Shown here one piece after another: positions 1 through 11,436 of a stretch of DNA of 64,000 nucleotides. Position 1 is the first letter of the stretch. Every line of letters starts with the position of its first letter. The DNA comes from Vicugna vicugna (taxonomy: Eukaryota): assembly GCA_013265495.1 (NCBI GenBank), contig MU058206.1:436001-500000 (forward strand). Direction: 5' to 3'. The position numbers and the translations under genes are program-made. The notes beneath the pieces are model-generated. The model saw only the letters and a list, made by a program, of their open reading frames with translations. It was not told where the DNA came from and did not search any database.

Positions 1-2792
1 GGTAAATAGACTGTGTCAATTTAAGGACAGATGGAAAGACACATACAGCTGGACTGGGGAGGTAAATAACCAAAACTGTGCCATATGCAGAAAAGAATTT
101 GGGCTTGAAGAAGCCCACGATGAAGGAAGGGCTGGGAAACATGTACGGAGACTCACATGTACAGAATCTCACACATTCGGGATGAGACAGGCAAGGAATT
201 CCAAATGAATCAGAAGTTTTTCATCTCCCCGAAGACAGCAGTTCTCGGTCACAAATAGTGGCTCGGGCATTCCACACAAATGAGCAGGCACTGTCGTTGA
301 GAAATGTTGTTCCCTGGGTAGCTCTGTGGAACTGATTGAAGTCACATTTCCTGATTCAGAGGGTGCAACTAAAATGTCCTGCGGGAGAGCAAAAGGGCAA
401 GTTTTGGTAACACATGTCTTGGCCTCTGACAGTGGAGACCTGATTTTGTCAGATCTCACCACTATCACGCCGATTAAGTCCGAATCAATCATGGTAACAT
501 GGCAACATGGTAACAAAAAGATGTCCCTCCCCTAGATCTTAGGTACTTTGATTCAAAAAACAGAGTTTCAAATGGTCATCTTGATTTCTACGTTGATTCT
601 AACAAATCCGCAAAAAACACACAACAAAAGGTTGTTGATATCTTACACAAATACAAACTAATCTTGCTCATCTGTCTTGGCTACCCAGCGGACAGGGCAA
701 ACTTTAGCAAATTCCATTCAGCCAATAAACCACAAAATAGAAAGGACCTTACCTGCTAAGTGGTCCGCACATCTTATGCACAGTGCTGCTAAGAAGGGTG
801 TGATTTATTTATGTTATAATACTGTTTTCATAATGAATGTTTTCAGTCACTTTTCAGTTTCCTCCAAATGTGCAGAAGCACTTAATGAGTTTATTGACCT
901 TATATAAAGGAGGTGGCTTCCTTAGACATGGGCCTGGGACAGCTATCAGTGTCACTGTCCACGGCAGAGATGTTAGAATGATGACCTGCTGTAAAATCAC
1001 ATATTTAAAGGGTGAGATAAAAAGAATGTACTTCTTTAATTTGCAAGCACAATAAAGCTGAGAATGGAAAAAGGGATGACAAACAAATTTATTTGCAATT
1101 TCCCGAAAACTGCTTGACAGCCTTTGGAGAGACCATAAGGAGCCTAGAAAAGGATGAACCAACTGCATCTGAGTTGTTCATTCATGTGAAGGTTGTGACA
1201 AAAACTCATATAGAAAAAAAAAACACTTCATACTTTGGAAATAAGACTGCTTCAAGACTTTCTTAATTTCCTTACTAAAACTTGAACTTATTTGAAATCT
1301 GTATTAGTCTGGGTTCTCCAGAGAAACAGAAACAATAGGATATTAGAGAGGTATATAGAGATAGATAGGTAGATAGATTGATTGATTCATTCATTCATTA
1401 TAAGGACTTGGCTCACGTGGTTAAGGCGACTGAGAAGTCCCGTATGTGAAGTCAGCAAGCTGAAGACCCAGGGGAGTTGATGGTATAGCTCCAATCTGAG
1501 TCCTGGGACCTGAGAGCCAGGAGAACAGATGGTGCATCCAGTCCCAGTCTGATAGTCAGGCCTTCCAAGGACTGGATGAGAGCCCCCACATTGCCAAGGG
1601 CAATCTACCAATTCAATGTACTCAATCTACCCATCTCATTCAGACACACCCTCCCAGACACATTCAGAATAATGTTTAACCAAATATCTGGGTACCCAGT
1701 GACCCAATCCAGTTAACACATAAAATTAACCACTGCAGAATCCAACTTTGATTTTGCAAGTTCAGATTACCTCTGTGCTTTGAACTGTTTTCCCTGCGCA
1801 GGAAGTTAAACTTCTGATGACGTCTGAGTATTTTTAAATGGTGGCTAATTTACATACGGATAGTCTAGATGATGAATTCCTAGAAGCAAAAGACCCAACT
1901 GATGAACAGCTGATCTGTGAAAACAAGCCGGTAGATAAAAGTAGATGAACATTTCTCAAGCACCGTAAACTCACTTTCGCAAGTCTACAAGCTGCGGCTG
2001 CCAGTAAGTAAAACCCCGCAGATTCCATGCTCACATCTTTTTGTTGCGAGGGTATTTACTTCCGTGTCACCGCACTGGACTGACACAAGGAGTCAGTATA
2101 CCGTGGGCTTGATAAAGGCAGAGCTGTAAGTCCAAGTGAATTTTACATTTGACTGTCTGGAGTCGCACTACCTCACAAAAGAAGAGAAGGCTGTCCTAAA
2201 TAAAGACTGCAGGCAGTTCAAAGAGTATTACTGGAATAGAAAACAGAGTCAAATCACCCCACTGTGCCCTGGACAGGAAGAAACATGTCAGTGCTCTTTT
2301 TAAAATTAAATATGGGTAATATCTGTTTAGTCTGTCCTATTGTATTTATGTTCTCCTTTTTCAAAGCCTTATGTGTATGTATCTTAAGAATACACAACAA
2401 CAAGCCCATGAAATGTTAGTATCCAAGAAAGTGTTTTAAAGAGTTAAAATAAATTTGTAAAACTACATGAGGACAAAAGGAGATGTTATAAAAATATTGT
2501 TAAAGTTTTATCATACTGATTATTTGTTTAATGGGTCCTGCTATCAATCAGTACTAATCTCCTCTTTAGTAATCTCCTCCTTTAGTCCTGTTGTTGTTTT
2601 GTTTAACAGCATTCATGGACCAGAAAAGTAAATAATAGAGAATTAACATATAATTGCAAAGAAATCTTTTCATATTTTAATGTTAAAGTCACAAAGCATG
2701 TCTATATCATATATGATATTATTATGCCCTTATATTTTTTTTGTCTGGTATGACTGTGTCCCAGGTTGGCCTTCTAAAAAATTGGTCACCCA
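1..2792 (+). mobile_element. Fossil hAT DNA transposon, Blackjack-like (degraded transposase, right TIR; left end outside the window)
   Basis: Broken frames give FPDSEGATKMSCGRAK, HGNKKM..RYF..LDFY, AHLMHSAAKKG (CxxH region), SHFSVSSKCAEAL and a dimerisation-like HWTDTR..GLIKAEL; ends in tggtcaccc (2783-2791), the reverse complement of the Blackjack-type GGGTGACCA terminus. Confidence 0.8.
1300..1737 (-). mobile_element. ERVL solo LTR, MLT2-family, inserted in the hAT fossil
   Basis: TG...CA ends; tgtattagtctgggttctccagagaaacagaa and acacataaaattaacca hallmarks; 5-bp TSD aaatc/gaatc. Confidence 0.85.
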
Positions 2793-3339
2793 TAGGTGAG
2801 GGGATTCGCTGCCTTCTGAAAGCTAGGGTCCAGGCAAAACCCATTTCACAGAGCTCAAATGATGTCCCCAGGTCCACTCTGTCTGTCTGTCTACTTTCTG
2901 TGGTCCCCTCCTCCCCCCACCTCCCAAGCTTGGACTTACATCATTCTCATCGAGCAGTCCTAGCCAGGAAAGCACGTCCCCAGATGAATCCTGGGACTGA
3001 GTTTTAGTAGGTGCCCTGAACCACTTGCTCCATGTCCATAGGGAGTTGCCAAGCCTGGATGCACTCATCCAAATGGGAGGGAGGCTGGAGGGAGCCAGCT
3101 CCTTAAACACAGGTTGTGGGAGTGGAGAAGTTGTTCCCTAAAGGGAAACTGAGGGGCTCTTACCAGAAGACGGAATAGATGCCGTGCAGGCAGAAGCATC
3201 CTTGGCTGTCCACTACCCGGTCAGAAGGGAGCCAAAGCGCTTTCTGCTCAGTTGTTTTTGGCCAGATCCCTGGAGCCAAACAAACATGCATCCATTTTAC
3301 CACCATATTACATTGAAGGGATCTATCAATATGTCTCTT

Positions 3340-3800
3340 TTACCAACTGGACAGTGAGTTTCTCAAGGACAGAGACCACATCTGATTCCTACTCCGTCCC
3401 CAGTGCCTTGCACTCAGCCAGGTGCATAGTAGATGCTCAGTAATACCCCGGGATCCTGCTCTCAGCTCTCAGTTCACACGTACCTTGCACAGTCTCTTCC
3501 ACTCCTATGGCCTTTAAATCTGCAGCTCTGGCACAGACCTTCCCCCAAGTCTAGAGCTGAGCATTCTACCATCTTCTGGACACTCTAACTTGGATGTCCC
3601 ACAGGACAGCTCAAACACTATCTGTTAGAAATTGAACTTGCTGTCTTCATCCCTACACAATCTCCTTCACTGCTCCCCTTCTCAGCAACGGCACCATCAA
3701 TCATTAGTGTACTACACTCTCATCTGCCACAGTCAGGCATTCCCCAAGTTTTATTGGTCCTGCCCCCAAATACCTCTCAATTCCCCTGCCCCCCATCCCA
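3340..3800 (+). mobile_element. L2 LINE fragments
   Basis: gtgccttgcac...gcatagtagatgctcagtaa and cttggatgtcccacagg...ctcaaac resemble L2 3' region. Confidence 0.5.
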
Positions 3801-4391
3801 CCCGCTGCCCCGCCCAGGCCTCAGCATCCCTCCCCTGAGGATGCAGCAGGTGTCCTGCACCAGGCCTCCCTCAGCCTGCCCCTCCTCTGGACATTCTAGT
3901 CCAAAGCCCTTCAGTGCTTCACCTCCTCCTTCAAGCCCAGACCAGCAGCACTTCAGCGCTGCTGGCTCTGCCTGTGCTCCAGCCCTGCTGAGAGCCTTGC
4001 ATTCCCTAGGGGTCCTCTGGGAGCACCACACTCCTGGAATCTGTCCTCCTTTTTCAGGTGCTAACTCCCTCCACTCCAAGACCAAGCTTGCCTCCAAGAA
4101 GCCCTCCATGATACACAGCCCCGTCCCCCAGCTAAGAGTCCAGCCTCTAGGCCCTCAGTGCTTTTCTCTTCCCTACCTCGTGTGTCCACTATTGTACTTG
4201 ATAGCAGTTTGGCTCCCGGTGTTAAAACCTCTGCCGTTAGACAGGTGGTCTCTCTACTTACCAGTCTCTCCCTCTAGATTCTGAGTGCCCAGAGGGCAGG
4301 ATAAGGTCCCTTATCGCTGGGACTCCAGCCAGAGTTTATTACAGGGTTGGCACATCAGTTGTTAAATGGACGATCGGCAGACCAGCTACAG

Positions 4392-4563
4392 CAGACGTTG
4401 GCAAACTTTGTAAAGGGCCAGCTAGGAAATATTTCAGTCTTTGCTGGCCCCATGGTCTCTGTTACAACAAGAAAGCAGCCACAGATGAACGGAAATAACA
4501 TTGTATTTACATAATCAGGCAGCAGGCGGGATTTAGCTTGTGGCCTGTAGCTTCCTGAGCTAC
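4392..4563 (+). mobile_element. MER58-like hAT-Charlie MITE
   Basis: ggcaaacttt..gtaaagggccag...aaatatttc..gtctttgc.ggcc...aaagcagccacaga. Confidence 0.65.
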
Positions 4564-6542
4564 AGGGATGAATGCTTGGGGGGATAACTTCCGTCCCACC
4601 TTCACACCCATGAGACCTGCACCTACTTGCTGTTCTGACCAGCCTCGCTTCTCAGCCCAGCCCCCATGGCCCTTCCTCCACCCTACTTCCCACTCTCTTA
4701 CCCCATTCCATGGTCAGTGCCTCCTCACCCTCTTCAAGTTCAAAGCTATCTGTGGACCAGAACCCAGCCCTCCTTTTTTCCCTGGGGCTCCTCCTGCCCA
4801 GCCACTGGGACGCCCATCATTCCCCTCTTGACACAGTGACTAGCCCTTTGGAAGAAGGAGTGCTGAGCAGATATTTACCATGAATAGGACTTCCTTAGCT
4901 GATCAGAAGCCCTATAAGTTTGCGAAGCAGCTTACCTGCACTATTCCTCTCTTTGGTCAGCCCCTGCCTCTCTTGCCTTTAGTTGGGTTCCCCTAGAGGC
5001 TCGGCCCTCCTGGTCCCTGCCCATGGCGTGTCAATCAGCAGCACTGGTCCCCAGGAAGATGGGCACTGGGAGAGGGTTAGTTGCTTGCCCAGAAAACTGG
5101 GGAGGGGCAGGTATAGAAAAAGCATGGGAGATTTTGTTTTTTGATAGGAAGGAGGCAGAGAGAAGATGACAGTCAAGGCACCAGCCCTCGTCCAGCCCCA
5201 CGGTCTAGGTTTGAGCTCCTGGTTAGGCAGAAGCATTTAAGTAAGAGACTACGTGCCTCTGAGCCCCAGCACAGCTGCTGCAGGGCCCACGTGCCTGAAC
5301 CGAGCAGCGCTCTGGCACCCTAGGGGCTGGCAGTTTGGGGAGCACTGGAAACAGCACCCTGGGAAGGACCTTGGTGTTCTCTCCAGAGCACCCTTCGAGG
5401 GCCCTTCAAATTGCCTTGTGGGCAAAGGAGCTCAGCTTAGGGGGCTGGAGTAGGGGAGCGGCCTGGGTGCAGCCGGGTACCCATGGCCTGGGGACGACTT
5501 TGTGCTTTTTCTTGGGCTTTCCCTCCGGGGGCTCCAGAGGTCTTGGCTGCCCCCAATAAAAGTGGGGTCTGTGAAAAAGGAGAAAGGGAAGAGTGGATGT
5601 CAGGGGCAAGCAACCCATGATTTCACCACAGTGGGATGCTTCTTGACAAGGACAGAAAGAAGGGGGCATCTGAGAAGTCACCTTTTTCTGCAGCTGACCC
5701 TGAGGGCAGAGAGCAGGACAAGGAATGGAGAGGGTGGAGGCAGCTGTGGAAACTGGGCTGACGGAAGGAGGGAAGAAGCACTACGGATGGCAGCTGGGTG
5801 TGGAGAGGCAGAGGCACCCCAAACTATACAGATGGGAAAGCTGAGGCCCAGAGAGGGACCATGACCTGCCCACAGCTGCACAGCGATGCCTCCTGTCCCC
5901 AAGCCTGGCATTTCCCCGTTTCAGAGCTGCCAAGCTCATCGCAGGCTCTCGTGGGTCCCCACGGCGTCCTGCTCTGGGAGGTGAATGGCAGTGCGACTCT
6001 GGGCCCTGGGTGCCCACTGGGGCTGCCAGACACCCCCAGAGCAGCCTGGTGTCTGCCTGCCCTCCTCTGAGGAGGGAGAAGCCAAGTTTTCCACACAATT
6101 GAAGAGGCAGGAGAGATCAACCCATCCTGGCACAAACTGACCAACCAAATGCATCCAGAAGCGAGGGAGAGACGGGCAGACAGACAGACAGGATTCCTGC
6201 CCACCCAGGGCCCGGCCCTTCCTCCAGCTGACCATCCTGTCTGGGTGAGGGGGTGAGAGCCTTCTCATCCTCTCATCCTTTCTCGGCCTTGAGGAGAGGG
6301 AATAGGAGGAAAACACGAAGGTCAGTCCATCAGTAGGATTTTCCAAGGAGCAAGGTTGAGGAAGAAAGCTCTTTCTTTGGAGGTTTTAAAAATTAAGAGA
6401 AATTTGCCCGAGTGTGCTGGAAAATAAGGTGATGTGGTCTGGAGGCAGGAGAAGGGTCAAGGTGGCCCTTGGGTCCGTCTTAGTGATTACAGCCCAGGGT
6501 TCTGCGGTCTGGAGAAGGGCACGCTCGGCCCTGAGCGCCGGC

Positions 6543-6573
6543 CGCAGTTAGCGCAACCGCCACCAGGTGGCGG
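6543..6573 (+). promoter_or_regulatory. Candidate CTCF site with upstream module
   Basis: Core CCACCAGGTGGCG 6560-6572 preceded by cGCAGT at canonical spacing. Confidence 0.7.
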
Positions 6574-9245
6574 GTCTGCCCATTGCTCACCGACCAGGAC
6601 TCTGGCTGCCGGGAACTCAGACTGGTTGATGTATTTGCTTATTCATCCATCATTTATTCATTCATGGTTTTTATTCCCCAAGCACTTTGGACTCTTCGTA
6701 TGTGCCAGCAGGCATTGTGCTAGGTGTAAGGAGGAAACAAAAGCGGCCAAGACAAGGTTTCTGTTCTAGCATGACTCCTCTCTGCTCAGCAGCCCCTCCG
6801 ATGCTCGGAGGAGGGTCCACAGCGGCAGCCAGGTGTCTGTGGGTCAGGGCTGCTGCCCAGGTCGGTTCCTACTGCAGCCGCATGGGATGGTGCCCCTTGC
6901 CCTCCATTCTGCAGCGAAAGCCAACTGGCAGAGAGCCCTGAGCGGGGTTTGGACCGCCTCCCACCCCGGTATCAGGTAGCCCGCAGTGGGTCTCAGGTGT
7001 AGCCGCACAGCGGTCCCCGGGGCTGAGGTTTTCTCCATTTCTGTTCCTCCTCCCACCAGGCCCAACCTCAAACCACCAGCCCCATCCCCTCCTCCTCTTC
7101 CTCCCTTCCACTGCTCTTTTCTGGCCAATTTCCTCAGAAATGCCTATCCAGAGAGCAGAAAGTGGGCCCTGGGAGCAGACCCAGGTCCTGGGTAACCTGA
7201 GGTCACTGTAAGCCTTCTGCCTTCCTCATGTTGGCTCCTAGCTCAGCCCCCTGCCCTGGGCTCCCAGGGCCAGTGTCACCTCCAGAGCACTGGTCTCCTG
7301 TGTGGTGGAAGCATGCGTCTGGGTGCTTTACCCCACCCCAACCTGAGGAACAGCCTCAGAAGTGCAGGGACCTCAACTTGTTCACTGTCCAAGCCCCAGG
7401 ACCCCACACAGTGCCCTGACACATAGTAGATCTCAGCCAGTGTGGATCTTTGGAGAGCATGCAGCTTTGTAAAGGCTTTGAGGTCTTCCAAGGGAGGCTC
7501 CTTGGATCCACAGGAAGGCAGGGTGGGCAGAGGTAAGCTTGAATCCTGAGAACACACCTGAGAATGTCCATTTTCCAAGGCCTTGAGTCGAATCGAAGGA
7601 CCCCCTGACCAACCTCAATGAGGACCAAGGCGTCCCGGTCTGCTTCTTACGCACCAGAACTCCAGATCCAGCAGGGGCGGGGTAGCGCCTACTTGGGCCA
7701 CACAGTCTTTGGACAGGGGCCCCAGATGGCTTCCTCAGCCAGCAGCCATGGAGCCCTGTCCTCTGGAGGAGTGCCAGCCACTGTTCTGCCTCACTTCCCT
7801 CTCCCCTCTCTTCCTGCCCCAGCTTCCCTGGCAACTGGCAACCCCCTCCCTTAACCCAGCCCCGTGCCTTCTGACTCACGGTGGAGCTCAGCTGGAAAGC
7901 ATCTGGCCTGATGCCCTGCATGTGGAGCACCCTCCCTCACACCTTCCATGCAGTTCCTCCATTAGAATTACGTCCACAGAAAACCTCCCTATCCCCAAGA
8001 AAATCCCCTGTCATCAGTGGGGGTAGCAAAGCACCCTACCCCCAGTCCTCAGTGCCAGGTGGAGTGGGAGTCCAGATCTTATCAGCTCATCACATTCCAA
8101 ACATTCCCTGTGGGCAGGGGAGGGGTGGCCAGAAGAGGAGAATGCTGCTTGACTTCCACATCCTGTGTCTGTCTGCTCCTGTTTCTCCTCCCATGCCTCA
8201 CCCCTAGCCCAGGGCTCAGGTCCTCTCCTTGTGCCACCAAGGCCCTTGCGTCTTGGACCCCATATCTAGCTCCTCATCCTTTTCTGGTCTGTTCTGTTCT
8301 TCCTTTCCCTCCATTTTCTTTCCCTTCTCTCAGTCCTCTCCTCTATGTCACCCTGGAGTTTGTGGTAGAAGTGGGGGGACCAGGCCAGGGGTCTCTCTAG
8401 GGCTTTTGTCCCTGTTCAAGGCATTCAAGAACTCTGCCTATCGTCTGGCCCCAACTCAGCACCACACCCTTGTGTGTCTTGGGTCCAGGACTTGCCTTCA
8501 TGGGCCATTGGCTCCTCCCACCCGAACTTAGAGTGCTAAAGTCCTGGAGTCTGAATCTTTGGACTTTAAGGCTCTCCCAGGCTGATGGCCCAGATTTCCC
8601 CTGGAGAGAGAGTTCCCCCAAAATCTCCTTCCCAAATGCACAGGACCAGAAGTGAGGGCCGGCTCCTCCACCTGCCTTCCACCCCCACCAGTCCCAGGTC
8701 TCCTTCCTCTCTTGCTAAAGGAGGGGCTGCCTGCCCACCTTCTTTACCCAGCATCTGTGGCTATTTGGACAAAGTTTTCCTTTTCCTAAAAGACTTACAC
8801 ACACATCCCTCTGCCTTCTGGCCACCTTCCTACTCTTGACCAGAGAGTAGTGGCTGAAGGGGGACTGGGCTCCAGGAACCTCGAGTTCTAATTCTGACTC
8901 TGCCATTAACTTACTAATCTGAGGCTTGTCAATATCCTACTCTAAGCCTCAGTTTCCCTGAGAAATGAGAAGAATGGACTTGTGGTCTCATGTTCCAGAG
9001 CCTAAGGGAAACATCCAGCTCCCTTAGACTAAACTAAAGTTTTGGTGGGAGACATAGAGAGGCATCATCATGGAGATGTTCCCCCTTTGCATCATCGAGG
9101 TGCAACCCCATTTTGTTTTTCGGGTGAAGAGCAGGCCACTCCTAGGGGCTCCCCTCCACAAGTGTTCCCTACCCCTCCAACGATTTTCTTACCAGAAAAA
9201 TGTGTCCAAAAAACAGTGCCATTGAAGAGTATCTTCAAACACACA

Positions 9246-11436
9246 CACACAGCCAACTTCAAGCTCAATGGTGAAATGCTGAAAGCTTTTCTACTGAGAC
9301 CAGAAACAGACAAGAAGTTCACTAGCACCATTTCTGACTAGCACTACAGTTGCAACTTTCAGACAGGACAATGAGGCAAGAAATAAAAGTTATGAGGTGG
9401 CAGACCAGTGAGCAGCAAAGAAAAGAATTTATAGGAATTATAAAGGAAGAAATAAAACTACCAATATTTTACCATGACATACACAGAGAAAATAAAAAAA
9501 AAAGATACAAACTATTAGGATAAATAAGTGAATTTAGCAAGGTTACTGGATAAAAGAGCAGTATAAGAAACCAAATGTTCTTCCATATATTACTAATGCA
9601 CAATTAGGGAAAGGAATTTTTTAAAAAACACCATTTATACACCATAAAATTATCAAATACCTACCTAGAAATAAATCTAACCAAAATAGTGCAAGGTCAG
9701 TCAATACACAGAAAACCATAAAACATTATTGAGAAATACTTTAAAATATCTAAATTAACAGAGGAATATACCATGTTCATGGTTAGAAGATATTGTAAAA
9801 GTATTCATCCTCCACAAATCAACCTATAGAGTCAATGCAATCCCAATTAGACTCCTAGCAGGAATGTGTATGTGTGTGAGCTTGTATGTATAAATTGATA
9901 AGTTAATTCTAAAATTTGTGTAGAATGCAAAAGACCAAGAAATGCCATGACACTCTTCAAGAAGAGCAAAGCAAAGGAATTCCAGCACCAGATATTAAGA
10001 CAGTGTGGTATTAGTGCAAGGATAGACCAGTGGAACAAAACACAGAGCCCCAAAACAGGTCAATATAAATATGGCCACATGATTTTTGACATAGATAATA
10101 CTGATATGCTATGCTGGGGAAAGAATGGTCTTTTCAAAATGGTGCTGGGTTGATTAGATAGTGATATGGAAGAAAAGCATATTTTTTCAATTAAGGCATA
10201 ATTGACATATAACATTATAATAGTTTCAGCTGTACAACACAATAATTCTACATTGCAAAATGGTCACCACAGTAAGTCTAGTTATTATCTAGAAAAAAAA
10301 AAGATATCTTGATCCCTTTTTCAACCATACCAAAAATTAATTCAGGATAAGTTTAGACCTAAATATAAAAGGTAAGACAACTAGAAGAAAACATGGAATA
10401 TCTTCATGCCTTTGGGACAGGCAGAGATTTCCTAACCAAGGCACAAAAAGTACTAACTATAAAGTAAAAAAATTTGATAAATTATTCTTCATTAAAAATT
10501 AAGAAATTCTGTTTATCAAAAGTCACCAATAAGAAAGTGAAAAGGCAAGCTACAGAGTTGGAGAAGATATCTGCAATGCAAAGGGCTTGTATCCAGAATA
10601 TATAAAGAACTCTTACAGATCAGTAGGAATAAGTGGACAACCCAACTGAAAATGGACAAGGTGCTTGAACAGGCACTTTACAAATAAGGCTTCCAAATGG
10701 CCTGTAAACATCTGGGAAGATGTTCAATGTCATCAGTCACCAAGGAAGTGCAAACACCATAATTAGCTAAAATGAACAAGATCAAACTATTAAACATTGG
10801 CAGAGATGAGAAGATGTAGCACTCCTGCACCCAGCTGATCACTTTGGAAAGCTTTACGGCAGCATCAATTAAAGCTGAATAGATTCAACCCCTGTGACCT
10901 AACAACTTCCCACCTGGGCATGTATCCAACAGAAAAGCTTCTATTACGTCCCCAAAGTCAGGTACAAGAGTGTTCACCACAGCACTATTGTCAACAGCCA
11001 CAAATTTAAAAAACTGGTTATCCATCCATCAGCAGTAGAACAGACAAGGAGAGGGTGGTATGTTCATATGATGGTGTATAACCAGCAATGCAGAGGAACA
11101 AACTACAACTGTAAGAAACAACATGGAGAATCTCACAAGCTTAACACTGAGCCAAAAAAGAAAAACAAAAACAAAAAAACAAGCCAGGCACAGAAGAACA
11201 CATATCGTGCCGTGCCATTGATAGAAAGTTCAAAAATAGGCAAAGCTAGTCTGAAGGTGGTAGAAATCAGGGTGGTGGTTACCTTTGGGGAAAGGAGAGA
11301 TTAGGAGGAGGCACAAGGGGCTTTGAGGGGTGCTGGAAATACTCAATTTTTTGATCTGCAGTTTGGTTACACACTTGTGTTCATTTTTTGAAAACCCGTG
11401 CTCTTTTCTGTCTGCGTGTTACACTTCAGTAAAACA
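9246..11436 (+). mobile_element. Old L1M (L1ME-like) 3' ORF2 and 3'UTR remnant, with a short inverted younger L1 3' fragment at ~10180-10290
   Basis: A-rich; caatggtgaaatgctgaaagcttt, ataaatctaacc, ccagaatatataaagaactc, gtggttacctttgggg; many stops. Confidence 0.8.

Noticed and set aside
1..2240. Domesticated ZBED-like transposase gene
   Set aside because: Numerous stops and frameshifts plus an LTR insertion in the frame
6330..6490. Possible CR1/L3 fragment (also ~28360-28410) and LTR33-like fragment (~3100-3217)
   Set aside because: Similarity too faint to support by eye; needs RepeatMasker
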